Source: an uncultured Chloroflexia bacterium (GTDB lineage Bacteria; Chloroflexota; Limnocylindria; Limnocylindrales; CSP1-4). Taken from it: DNA of 64,000 bases. Under the pieces are notes generated by a model, which worked only from the letters and a program-made list of their open reading frames with translations, did no database searches and was not told where the DNA came from. Each line of letters begins with the position of its first letter. Position 1 is the stretch's first letter. Of the stretch, positions 25,908-35,135 are shown piece after piece. The translations under genes and the position numbers were made by a program. The stretch lies in NCBI GenBank assembly GCA_963763775.1, contig CAVXPZ010000001.1:32001-96000 (forward strand), given 5' to 3'.

Positions 25908-26852
25908 ATGACGGATCTCCTCGGATCGATCCTCGACCAGGTCAGCGCGACCACGGTGATCGACATCGGGATCACCGCGCTCCTGATCTACTGGCTGTTC
26001 AGCCTCATCCGCGGGACTCGCGCGGTCCGGCTCGTGATCGGCGTCAGCGTCCTCATCCTCGTCTACGCACTGGCCGTGGCGTTCAACCTCGTCCTGCTCA
26101 CCCGGATCCTCCAGGGTGGCGCGGTCGTCGGCCTGTTCGCGCTCGTCGTCGTCTTCCAGCCGGAGCTGCGCCGGGCCCTCGAGCGCATCGGTCGGGTGGG
26201 CTCGTTCGCCTGGCTGATCTCCCCATCGGAGGCCCGCGCCTCCAGCCACGTCGCGGCCGAGGTCGCGAAGGCCGCTGCAGGGCTGTCGGCTGACGGTCAC
26301 GGCGCCCTGATGGTGATCGAGCGCGAGACCGGGCTCGAAGAGGTCGCTGAGACGGGCGTGATGATCCACGGCGACCTGTCGGCGGACCTCCTGCGGACCA
26401 TCTTCTCGCCGAGGACCGCGCTCCACGACGGGGCCGTGATCGTCCGCGGCGACGCGATCCTCGCGGCCGGCGCCGTCCTGCCGCTCGCCGAGACCAGCAT
26501 CCACTCCGAGCGGTTCGGGACGCGCCATCGCGCCGCGCTCGGGATCGCCGAGCAGACCGACGCGCTGGTCGTCGTGGTGTCCGAGGAGAACGGGCAGGTC
26601 AGCCTCGTCGAGCGGAGCCGGATCGTCCGGAACTTGAACGAGCCCCAGCTGGCGGCCGCACTGCGCACGCTCCTCGACCCGTCGACCGGGCGCCGGGGGA
26701 GCCTCGCGTGGCCATCCGGCGGGACCGGCGGTCGGGCCCCGAGGGTGGGTGACCTGGGCCGATTCGTCGGGCGGCCGCCGGCCGCACCGCCGCGGGCCGC
26801 GTCCGATGATCCGGACCAGCCGACCGCCGCGGCCGCTCAGGCGCCGCGGTGA
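25908..26852 (+). CDS. cdaA: Membrane-anchored diadenylate cyclase CdaA/DacA
   Basis: Three N-terminal TM segments, VVFQPELRRAL, LHDGA and GTRHRAA catalytic motifs. Confidence 0.95.
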   Translation: MTDLLGSILDQVSATTVIDIGITALLIYWLFSLIRGTRAVRLVIGVSVLILVYALAVAFNLVLLTRILQGGAVVGLFALVVVFQPELRRALERIGRVGSFAWLISPSEARASSHVAAEVAKAAAGLSADGHGALMVIERETGLEEVAETGVMIHGDLSADLLRTIFSPRTALHDGAVIVRGDAILAAGAVLPLAETSIHSERFGTRHRAALGIAEQTDALVVVVSEENGQVSLVERSRIVRNLNEPQLAAALRTLLDPSTGRRGSLAWPSGGTGGRAPRVGDLGRFVGRPPAAPPRAASDDPDQPTAAAAQAPR

Positions 26853-28112
26853 CACGACTCCTCGGCGTCGTCGTCCACAATTGGCCTCTCAAGCTCGCGG
26901 CGATCGGGCTCGCGACCCTCCTGTACGCGGGTCTCGTCTTGTCCCAGGGCAGCCAGACCTTCACGGGCGTCATCCCGGTCAAGGTGGACAACCAGCCCAA
27001 GGACACGATCGTGCTCAAGACGATCGACCCGGTCACCGAAGTGCGCTACTTCTCGCCGTCCGGGGCGGTCCCGATCACCTCGACGTTCACCGCGACCGTC
27101 GACGTCAGCAACGTCGTGCCGGGGTCGGGACCGGTGTCCCTGCCCGTCGTGGTCACCTCCGTGGACAACCGGATCCAGGTCATCGGCTCGACGCCGGACA
27201 AGGTCACGGTCCAGCTCGACGCCCTGGTGACCCGGAACGACGTCCCCGTGCTCGTCGACTACGGCACGCCGCCGGAGGGATTCGAGGTCGGGCACCGTCG
27301 AGGTCACGCCGCCGACCGTGTCGGTCTCCGGTCCCGCGACGGTCGTCGACCAGATCGTCGGGGTCCAGGGCAGCGTCCAGATCCAGGCGTCGGGCATCAG
27401 CGTCGACCAGGACGTCGCCCTCACCCCGATCGACAAGCTCGGCAACGCCGTGAGTCCGGTCAACGTCCAGCCTCGCACCGCCCGGGTGAAGATCCCCGTC
27501 TTCGAGAACCGCCAGTCTCGGACCCTGCCCGTGCGCCCCGTGATCACGGGGACGCCGGCCGCCGGCTTCGAGGTGGCGTCGGTCACCGTGCTGCCGACCG
27601 CCGTGACCGTCGAGGGCGGCGCCGAGCCGCTCTCCCAGCTCGCGGAGGCCGACACCGAGCCGGTGTCCGTCACGGGCGCCTCGAGCGATATCAAGACCAG
27701 CGTGGGTCTCGCGCTGCCCAGCGGGATCGTGCCGCTCGGCGATCCGCAGGTCACGGTGTCGGTGACCCTCCGGCCCGTCACCTCCACCCGGACCTTCGAG
27801 GCCGGGGTCACGCTGACCGGCACCAGGGAGGGGCTCGCCTACGACGTCCAGATCGACCGCGTCCTCGTGACGGTCGGCGGGTCCGTGGCGGACCTCGACC
27901 GGCTCGAGGGGGCCAACCTGGTCGCCGACCTCGACGTCAGCGCCCTCGAGCCCGGGACCTCGAACGTCCCGGTCACGCTGGACCTGCCCGCCGGGCTCAC
28001 GCTCGTCTCGGCGAGCCCGCCGACCGTGCCCGTGACCGTCGTCGCCCTGCCGGGTGCGTCCGCGTCGCCGGCCGGGATCGTCGTGCCGTCCTCGTCCCCG
28101 GGCGGCGGTTGA
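26849..28112 (+). CDS. cdaR: CdaR/YbbR-domain regulator (apparent +1 frameshift at ~27290)
   Basis: HNWPLKLAAIGLATLL anchor, beta-rich repeats (P..VTVSGP, VTVEG); sits between cdaA and glmM. Confidence 0.85.
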
Positions 28113-28114
28113 CG

Positions 28115-29446
28115 ATGGCCCGGCTCTTCGGCACCGACGGGATCCGCGGTGTCGCCAACGTCGACCTCAAGCCCACGCTCGCGTTCGCGCTCGGGCGCGC
28201 CACCGCCCATCGGCTGGTGGGGCCCGGCGGCGCTCTCGTCGTCGGACAGGACACGCGCCGGTCGGGCGACATGTTCGTCGCGGCGATCGCCGCCGGCGCC
28301 AGCAGCCTCGGCGCGGAGGTCCACGTCGTCGGCGTCGTGCCGACGCCTGCCCTGGCGTTCCTGGCCGGGTCCGGGCCGTTCGCCGCGGGGATCATGGTGT
28401 CGGCCTCGCACAATCCGGCCGACGACAACGGCCTCAAGGTGCTCGACGGCAACGGCCTCAAGCTCGACGACGCCGTCGAGGACGAGCTCGAACAGCTCAT
28501 CTGGACGGCCGACGACCTGGGCGGCGCCACGAATGCGGGCCTTGGCCGGATCGTCGCGCGGCCGGACCTCGTGGACGCGTACCGGACCCACCGGCTGAGC
28601 CTCGCCGGAAGCGTCCATGCCGATGGCCATCGGCTCGTCCTCGACGGGGCCAACGGCTCGGGATCCGCACTGGGGCCGGAGATCCTGCGCGCGACCGGGG
28701 CCACGGTCGAGACGATCCACGTGGAACCGGACGGGATCAACATCAACGTCCGCTCGGGTGCCACGGATCCGGCGTCCCTCGCGGCGGCGGTCGTCGAGCG
28801 TGGCGCCGACGTCGGCTTCGCCCTCGACGGCGATGCCGACCGCCTCATCGCCGTCGACTCGACCGGACAGGTCGTGGATGGCGACCAGATCCTCGGGATC
28901 CTCGCGCTCGACCGGCTCGCGCGCGGCGTGCTGCCGGGCGGCGTGGTCGTCTCGGTGCTCTCGAACGGCGGCCTGCAGGCCGTGGTCGAGGCGGCCGGCG
29001 GCCAGGTCGTGCGGACCCCGGTCGGCGACAAGTACATCCTCGAAGGCATGCAGGTGTCCGGTGCCAGGCTGGGGGGCGAGAAGAGCGGCCACGTCATCGA
29101 CCTGGACCACACGACGTCCGGTGACGGGATCGTCACCGCCCTTGAGGTCCTGCGCGTGATGACCGAGGCGGCCATCGGGCTCGGGGCGCTCGCCGCGAGG
29201 ATCCCGATGCTCCCGCAGCAACAGCGGGCGGTGAAGGCGCGTCACAAGGACCAGTGGGAGGCCGACCGGGCGCTCCAGACCGCCATCGCCGATGCCGCCG
29301 CGCGGCTCGGATCGACCGGTCGGGTGCTCGTCCGGCCGTCCGGCACGGAACCGGCGCTGCGCGTCATGGTCGAGGGCCCGGACGCCGCCTTGGTCGTCGA
29401 ACTCGCCGACGCGCTCGCGACATTGGCGGGGGAGCGACTAAACTAG
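28115..29446 (+). CDS. glmM: Phosphoglucosamine mutase
   Basis: LFGTDGIRG, SASHNP, DGDADR, GGEKSGH, VRPSGTEP. Confidence 0.95.
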   Translation: MARLFGTDGIRGVANVDLKPTLAFALGRATAHRLVGPGGALVVGQDTRRSGDMFVAAIAAGASSLGAEVHVVGVVPTPALAFLAGSGPFAAGIMVSASHNPADDNGLKVLDGNGLKLDDAVEDELEQLIWTADDLGGATNAGLGRIVARPDLVDAYRTHRLSLAGSVHADGHRLVLDGANGSGSALGPEILRATGATVETIHVEPDGININVRSGATDPASLAAAVVERGADVGFALDGDADRLIAVDSTGQVVDGDQILGILALDRLARGVLPGGVVVSVLSNGGLQAVVEAAGGQVVRTPVGDKYILEGMQVSGARLGGEKSGHVIDLDHTTSGDGIVTALEVLRVMTEAAIGLGALAARIPMLPQQQRAVKARHKDQWEADRALQTAIADAAARLGSTGRVLVRPSGTEPALRVMVEGPDAALVVELADALATLAGERLN

Positions 29447-29523
29447 CCCGCGGTGCCCACCCATCGGCGTCACCACGGCCCGCCGACCTCGGAGCGGCAG
29501 GGCGAACGGAGGACTTGACCCGG

Positions 29524-31356
29524 ATGTGCGGCATCGTCGGCTACACCGGTCCGCGTGAGGCGGGCCCGCTCCTCATCGAGGGGCTCAAGCGACTCGAATA
29601 CCGCGGGTACGACTCGGCGGGGATCGCCCTGGTCGACGACTCGGGCGACCTCTTCGTCGAGAAGCGCGCCGGCAAGCTCGCCAACCTCCAGACGGCGATC
29701 GCCGACCGGACGCCGCACGCCGCGATCGGGCTGGCCCACACCCGATGGGCGACGCACGGTCGTCCCAACGACCTCAATGCGCATCCGCATCAGGACTGCA
29801 CGGGCGAGATCACCGTGATCCACAACGGGATCATCGAGAACTTCCGCGAGCTCCGGGACGGGCTCGAGGCCCGCGGCCACAAGCTGACGTCGGAGACCGA
29901 CACCGAAGCCCTGGCCCACCTGATCGAGGAGGCCTACGACGGCGACCTCGCGGAGGCCGTCCGGCACGCCCTCCGCCGCGTCGACGGGGCGTACGCGATC
30001 GTCGTCATGCACCGCGCCGAGGGCGACCGGCTCGTCGGCGCCCGCCAGGACGTGCCGCTCATCGTCGGCCTGGCCGACGGCGAGGCGTTCCTCGCGTCGG
30101 ACGTGGCCGCGATCCTCGCGCACACGGACCAGATCGTGTTCCTCGAGGAGGGCGATGTCGCCGACCTGCGGCCGTGGGGCGTCACCATCACGGACATCCA
30201 TGGCGCGCCGCGCGAGCGGCCGGTGACGACCATCGACTGGTCGCCCGAGGCCGCCGAGAAGGGCGGCTACGAGCACTTCATGCTCAAGGAGATCCACGAG
30301 CAGCCCGAAGCGATCGCGCAGTCCCTGACGGGCCGCGTGACCCGGGACGGCCGCATCCACGTCGAGGAGCTCGCCGGGATGGCGGACATCCTGCGCTCCA
30401 TCGATCGGATCGAGCTGGTGGCCTGCGGGACGGCGTTCTACGCGTCGTTGATCGGGGCCGCGGCGATCCAGGCCTGGACGGGCATCCCGGCCCGCGCGAC
30501 GGTCGGCTCGGAGTTCCGGTACAGCCCGCCGCCGCTGGACGGACGCACGCTGGTGATCGCGGTGACGCAGTCCGGCGAGACCGCCGACACCATCGCCCCC
30601 ATCCGGCTCGCCCGCGAGCGTGGCTGCCCGATCGTGGCGGTGACCAACACGGTCGGCTCCGCGATCACCCGCGAGGCCGACGCGGTCCTGTTCCTGCAGG
30701 CCGGACCCGAGATCGCGGTCGCCGCGTCCAAGACCTTCGTCACCCAGGTGACGACCCTGATCGTGCTGGCGGCCGCCATCGCGAGCACCCGCGGCACGAT
30801 GGACGAGGCGCGCGAGCTTGAGCTCGGGGTCGCGCTGCGCGCCCTTCCGGCCGCCGCCGCCCGCGTCGTGGCCTCCGCGTCCGAGCAGACACCGGCGCTC
30901 GCTCGCCGCTATGTCAACTCCCGCGGGTTCATGTTCATCGGTCGCGGCTACGGGTATCCCGCGGCCCTCGAAGGCGCCCTCAAGCTCAAGGAGGTCAGCT
31001 ACGTGCACGCCGAGGGCTACGCCGCCGGCGAGCTCAAGCACGGCCCGATCTCCCTGCTCGACGCCGAGTGCCCCCTCGTGGCGGTGGCGACGCGGTCGTC
31101 CGTCTACGACAAGGTCATCAGCAACGTCATGGAGGGCCGCGCCCGCGACGCGCGGGTGATCGCGGTCGCGACCGAGGGGGACGTGCAGATCGAGCGGTTC
31201 GCCGACGACGTCTGCTGGGTGCCCGACACGCACGAGGCACTGTCGCCGATCCTCGCGGTCATCCCCCTGCAGCTGTTCGCCTACCACGTGGCGGTCGCGC
31301 GCGGCACGGACGTCGACCAGCCGCGGAACCTGGCCAAGTCGGTGACGGTCGAGTAG
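29524..31356 (+). CDS. glmS: Glutamine--fructose-6-phosphate aminotransferase
   Basis: MCGIVG, LEYRGYDSAG, HTRWATHG, TQSGETADT, DQPRNLAKSVTVE. Confidence 0.98.
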   Translation: MCGIVGYTGPREAGPLLIEGLKRLEYRGYDSAGIALVDDSGDLFVEKRAGKLANLQTAIADRTPHAAIGLAHTRWATHGRPNDLNAHPHQDCTGEITVIHNGIIENFRELRDGLEARGHKLTSETDTEALAHLIEEAYDGDLAEAVRHALRRVDGAYAIVVMHRAEGDRLVGARQDVPLIVGLADGEAFLASDVAAILAHTDQIVFLEEGDVADLRPWGVTITDIHGAPRERPVTTIDWSPEAAEKGGYEHFMLKEIHEQPEAIAQSLTGRVTRDGRIHVEELAGMADILRSIDRIELVACGTAFYASLIGAAAIQAWTGIPARATVGSEFRYSPPPLDGRTLVIAVTQSGETADTIAPIRLARERGCPIVAVTNTVGSAITREADAVLFLQAGPEIAVAASKTFVTQVTTLIVLAAAIASTRGTMDEARELELGVALRALPAAAARVVASASEQTPALARRYVNSRGFMFIGRGYGYPAALEGALKLKEVSYVHAEGYAAGELKHGPISLLDAECPLVAVATRSSVYDKVISNVMEGRARDARVIAVATEGDVQIERFADDVCWVPDTHEALSPILAVIPLQLFAYHVAVARGTDVDQPRNLAKSVTVE

Positions 31357-31358
31357 GG

Positions 31359-31958
31359 ATGCCCACCGGCGACCCGACCGCCGCGTCCGCGCCCGCCGCC
31401 GGGGCGGTCCCCGCCGGCACGACCGAGCTCGGGATCGACATCATCAAGGTCGACCGGATCCGCGAGACCATCGCGCGATTCGGGGCGCGCTTCTCCTCCC
31501 GCGTCCTGACGCCCGCCGAGCAGCGCTACGTCCGGGATCGCCCCGAGACCTTCGCCGGCCGCTGGGCCGCCAAGGAGGCCGTGTCCAAGGTCCTCGGACT
31601 TGGCGTGCGAGGGATCGGCTGGCGCGACATCGAGGTGGAGCGCCTGCCCACGGGACAGCCCGCCATCCGGCTGCACGGCCGGGCGGCCGCGCGAGCCGAA
31701 CAACTCGGGATGGGCCGCATCGCCGTCTCGATCAGCCACGAATCCGACTATGCGGTGGCGATCGCGTACGGCATCCGCACCACCGGCGGCCGCTTCCTGT
31801 TCCCGCCCGACATCGAGGAACGGCTCGATGATCGCGAGCGGCAGATCCTCGCCCGGATCGAGCGCTTGCGGGACCTCGCGGAATCCGCCGGGGCGGGGGC
31901 CCTGGCATCGGATGCGCCACGACCCCCAGACGACGGCACCGGGAACGGTCGTGCCTGA
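31359..31958 (+). CDS. acpS: Holo-ACP synthase with C-terminal extension
   Basis: LGIDII, FAGRWAAKEAVSKVLG, VSISHE. Confidence 0.92.
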   Translation: MPTGDPTAASAPAAGAVPAGTTELGIDIIKVDRIRETIARFGARFSSRVLTPAEQRYVRDRPETFAGRWAAKEAVSKVLGLGVRGIGWRDIEVERLPTGQPAIRLHGRAAARAEQLGMGRIAVSISHESDYAVAIAYGIRTTGGRFLFPPDIEERLDDRERQILARIERLRDLAESAGAGALASDAPRPPDDGTGNGRA

Positions 31959-33054
31959 GCGCGGCCCGGTCGGGTTCGGCCGGCGGTCCACCGACGACCC
32001 GGTCGCCGCTGACGCCGCGGCCACGGCCCCCGTCCCGGATGGCGCCGTGAAGCTCGACGACGACGCGGTCGGGGCGTTACTGCCGGAGCGGCCGGCGCGC
32101 GGGCACAAGGGCTCGTTCGGCAAGCTCCTCGTGATCGCCGGATCGCTCGATTACGCAGGGGCGGCGCTCCTCGTGTGCCGTGCGGCGGGGCGTGCCGGGG
32201 CGGGCCTCGTGACGCTCGCGGTACCGGAGTCCCTGCAGCCGCTGTTCGCCGCGAAGGTGGTCGAGGCGACGACGATGGGACTCCCCGAGGACGACGTCGA
32301 GGAGATCGACCCGGAGCCGGCGCTCGCCCGGGTCCTGGACCACGAGCACGATGCGATCGTCGTGGGGCCCGGCCTGCGACCCGGTCTGGCGACCGCCGAG
32401 CTCGTCCGGCTCCTGCTGGCCACCGAGGGCACCGATCCCGCCCCGATCGTGCTCGACGCCGAGGCGCTCCGCTCGCTGGCGACCCTCGAGGACTGGTGGG
32501 TCGCGGCCAGCCGGTCCGCGGTGCTCACGCCGCACGCGGGCGAGTTCGCGCGCCTCCGTGCCGGGAGCGGGCTCGATCCGATCGCGGACGGCGATCTCGT
32601 GGACGACGACGCGGCGCGCGTCGCTGCCGCGCGTGACGCCGCCGCGCGATGGGGCCAGGTGGTCGTGCTCAAGGGGGCGGCCACGGTCATCGCCTCCCCC
32701 GACGGGGAGGTCGCGATCTCGCCGTTCGAGAACCCGGCCCTCGCGAGCGGCGGCACCGGCGACGTGCTGGCCGGCGCGATCGGCGCGCTCCTCGCGCAGG
32801 GCCTGGCACCGTATGCCGCCGCCCGACTCGGCGTGTACCTGCACGGCCTGTCCGGCGAGGCCGTGCGCGAACGGCTCGGTGATGCCGGTCTCCTCGCCTC
32901 GGACCTGCCCGACGGCCTGGCGGTGGCGCGGAAGCGGCTCGCGGCCGCCGCCGAACGGCGCCGCGCGCGCGGCCGGCTCGGTTTCGGGGCGCGGCCGGAT
33001 CCGGCGGACGCGACGGACGTCGCGCGCGAGGCGGCGGCGCCCGACCCGGCGTGA
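31951..33054 (+). CDS. nnrD: ADP-dependent NAD(P)H-hydrate dehydratase (no fused epimerase domain)
   Basis: HKGSFGKLLVIAGS, VGPGL, VLDAEAL, LTPHAGEF, LASGGTGDVLAG. Confidence 0.92.
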   Translation: MPERGPVGFGRRSTDDPVAADAAATAPVPDGAVKLDDDAVGALLPERPARGHKGSFGKLLVIAGSLDYAGAALLVCRAAGRAGAGLVTLAVPESLQPLFAAKVVEATTMGLPEDDVEEIDPEPALARVLDHEHDAIVVGPGLRPGLATAELVRLLLATEGTDPAPIVLDAEALRSLATLEDWWVAASRSAVLTPHAGEFARLRAGSGLDPIADGDLVDDDAARVAAARDAAARWGQVVVLKGAATVIASPDGEVAISPFENPALASGGTGDVLAGAIGALLAQGLAPYAAARLGVYLHGLSGEAVRERLGDAGLLASDLPDGLAVARKRLAAAAERRRARGRLGFGARPDPADATDVAREAAAPDPA

Positions 33055-34280
33055 GGGAGCCCATCGAGCACCGGCTCGCCGCCGCCGGCCTCCCGCCGAT
33101 CCCGAGGACCGCGTGGCTCGAGATCGACCTGGCCGCGCTCGCGGCCAACCTGGACGTGCTGCGCCGGGCGACGGGTCGACCGTTGCCGATCCGGCCGGTG
33201 GTGAAGGCCGACGCCTACGGCCATGGCGCGGTCCCGGTGGCGCGCACGCTCGTCGCCGCGGGGGTCGACGGCCTCTGCGTCGCGACGCTCGATGAAGCCC
33301 TGGCCCTGCGCGCGGCGGGCATCGAGGCGCCGATCCTGGTCATGTACCCGGTCCCCCCCGCCTGGGCTGCCGAGGTCGCCCGGTCCGCGATCACGATCTC
33401 GGCGGGTGATCCGGGTCTGCTCGAGGCGATGCTCGCGGCCCACGCGACCGACCGGACGGGGCTCCCGCTCCGGGTCGAGCTGGAAGTCGAGACCGGGCTT
33501 GGCCGTGGCGGCTTCGACGTCGAAGGCGCGGTCGAGGCCGCCCGCGTGGTCCGCGCGGCCCCGGATGCCGAGATCGTGGGCATGTGGACCCACCTCCAGG
33601 CCCCTGAGGACCCCGAGCGGACGGCGACGCAGCTCGCGCGGTTCGACGCGGCCGCGGCGGCGCTGCGCCTGGCTTGGATCGACGTGCCCGACCGGCACGC
33701 GACCGCGAGCGGCGGGCTCGTCTCGGACGGGATCGCCGCGTACGACGGCGTGCGACCCGGGCTCGCGATCTACGGCCTCCTGCCGGATGAGCTCGATGCG
33801 GCGCAGCGGGCCACCCCGGTCGCCCGGGCGCTGCGCCCGGTCATGTCGCTCCATGCCCGGCCCGTCCGCGTGGCGGACCTGCCGGAGGGGTGGGGGATCA
33901 GCTATGGGCCCACGTTCGTGACCGCTCGGCCGAGCCGGATCGCCACGCTGCCCCTCGGGTATGGCGACGGCTGGCCTCGGGCCCTCTCGAACCGGGCGGA
34001 GGCCCTGGTCCGCGGCCAGCGCGTCCCGATCGTCGGCAACGTCGCGATGGACGCGATCATGGCGGATGTCACCGACATCCCGGGTCCGGCGGTGACCCCG
34101 GCCGACGAGTTCACGCTCATCGGGGCCCAGGACCGCGAGCGGATCACCGTCGCCGACTTGGCGCAGACGCGCACCACGAACTCCTGGGAAGTCGTCACGT
34201 CGATGGCTCGGCGTCTGCCTCGGGTGTACGATGCCGCGTCCGGACCGGTCGGTCTGCGCACGCTCACCGAGCGGAGTTGA
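33051..34280 (+). CDS. alr: Alanine racemase
   Basis: PLP lysine motif VVKADAYGHG, VRPGLAIYG, ISYG, GYGDG, VGNVAMD. Confidence 0.93.
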   Translation: MREPIEHRLAAAGLPPIPRTAWLEIDLAALAANLDVLRRATGRPLPIRPVVKADAYGHGAVPVARTLVAAGVDGLCVATLDEALALRAAGIEAPILVMYPVPPAWAAEVARSAITISAGDPGLLEAMLAAHATDRTGLPLRVELEVETGLGRGGFDVEGAVEAARVVRAAPDAEIVGMWTHLQAPEDPERTATQLARFDAAAAALRLAWIDVPDRHATASGGLVSDGIAAYDGVRPGLAIYGLLPDELDAAQRATPVARALRPVMSLHARPVRVADLPEGWGISYGPTFVTARPSRIATLPLGYGDGWPRALSNRAEALVRGQRVPIVGNVAMDAIMADVTDIPGPAVTPADEFTLIGAQDRERITVADLAQTRTTNSWEVVTSMARRLPRVYDAASGPVGLRTLTERS

Positions 34281-34286
34281 ACACCT

Positions 34287-34814
34287 GTGGCTCGCATCGA
34301 ACTGTGGAACGGCGACATCTGCGACCTCGAGGTCGACGCGATCGTCAACGCGGCGAATCTCTCGCTGTGGATGTCCACCGGCGTCGGCGGCGCGATCAAG
34401 CGCGCCGGGGGTGACGTCATCGAGTTCGAGGCCGTGCGTCAGGCACCCGTGCCCCTTGGCGGGGCGATCGTCACGAGCGGCGGCACGCTGCCCGTCCGCG
34501 TCGTGATCCACGCCGTCTCGCTGGACCGCGAGCGTCGCACGAGCGGCGCGACCATCGAAGCGGCGGTCCGCGCGGCGATGGCCCGGGCACGCGAGCTCGG
34601 CGTCACGAGCATCGCGTTCCCGGCCCTCGGGACCGGGGTCGGCGGCTTTCCGATCGAGGAGGGCGCGCGCATCACCGTCGAGACGGTGCGCGAGGAACTG
34701 CCCTCGTGTCCTACCATCCTCGTCGTGACCTTCGCCCTGCGCGGCCAGGCCGCCTATCAGGCGTTCGCGGCCGCCCTCACCGCCTCCCATCCCGCGGCCG
34801 GGGCCGTCGCATGA
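34287..34814 (+). CDS. Macro domain protein (MacroD/YmdB-like ADP-ribose binding)
   Basis: GDICDLEVDAIVNAAN, VIHAV, SIAFPALGTGVGGFP. Confidence 0.9.
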   Translation: MARIELWNGDICDLEVDAIVNAANLSLWMSTGVGGAIKRAGGDVIEFEAVRQAPVPLGGAIVTSGGTLPVRVVIHAVSLDRERRTSGATIEAAVRAAMARARELGVTSIAFPALGTGVGGFPIEEGARITVETVREELPSCPTILVVTFALRGQAAYQAFAAALTASHPAAGAVA

Positions 34815-35101
34815 CGATGCCCGTCGAGCCGACCGAGGAGCAGCGGGATGAGCTGGTCGAGGAGGTCGCTCGCGAGATCCACCTGCGGGGCCTGACCGGC
34901 CCAGCCGTCCACTTCCTCGAGGCCAGCCGGCCGTACCGGCCGCTCGGCGCCAACGCCATGTTGTTCTTCGACCCGGTGCTGCACGGGCTGTTCGGCGGCG
35001 AATCGGCGTCCGCGAGCGAGATCCTCGCCGACGACGCCGGGATCGAGCAGCTGATCGAGCGGCTGGAAGAACTCGACGACGAGGCGACCTGGGACGCGTG
35101 A
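34811..35101 (+). CDS. Small acidic hypothetical protein (96 aa)
   Basis: ATGA overlap with macro gene; GC3-biased codons; helical, ...FLEASRP...FFDP...LIERLEE. Confidence 0.75.
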   Translation: MTMPVEPTEEQRDELVEEVAREIHLRGLTGPAVHFLEASRPYRPLGANAMLFFDPVLHGLFGGESASASEILADDAGIEQLIERLEELDDEATWDA

Positions 35102-35135
35102 CCCGCACCCGGTCATGGCCGGGTAGCATGACCTC

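Noticed and set aside
26849-29446. Apparent 865-aa CdaR-GlmM fusion
   Set aside because: Artefact of the +1 shift at ~27290; the middle is out-of-frame nonsense and glmM has its own ATG at 28115
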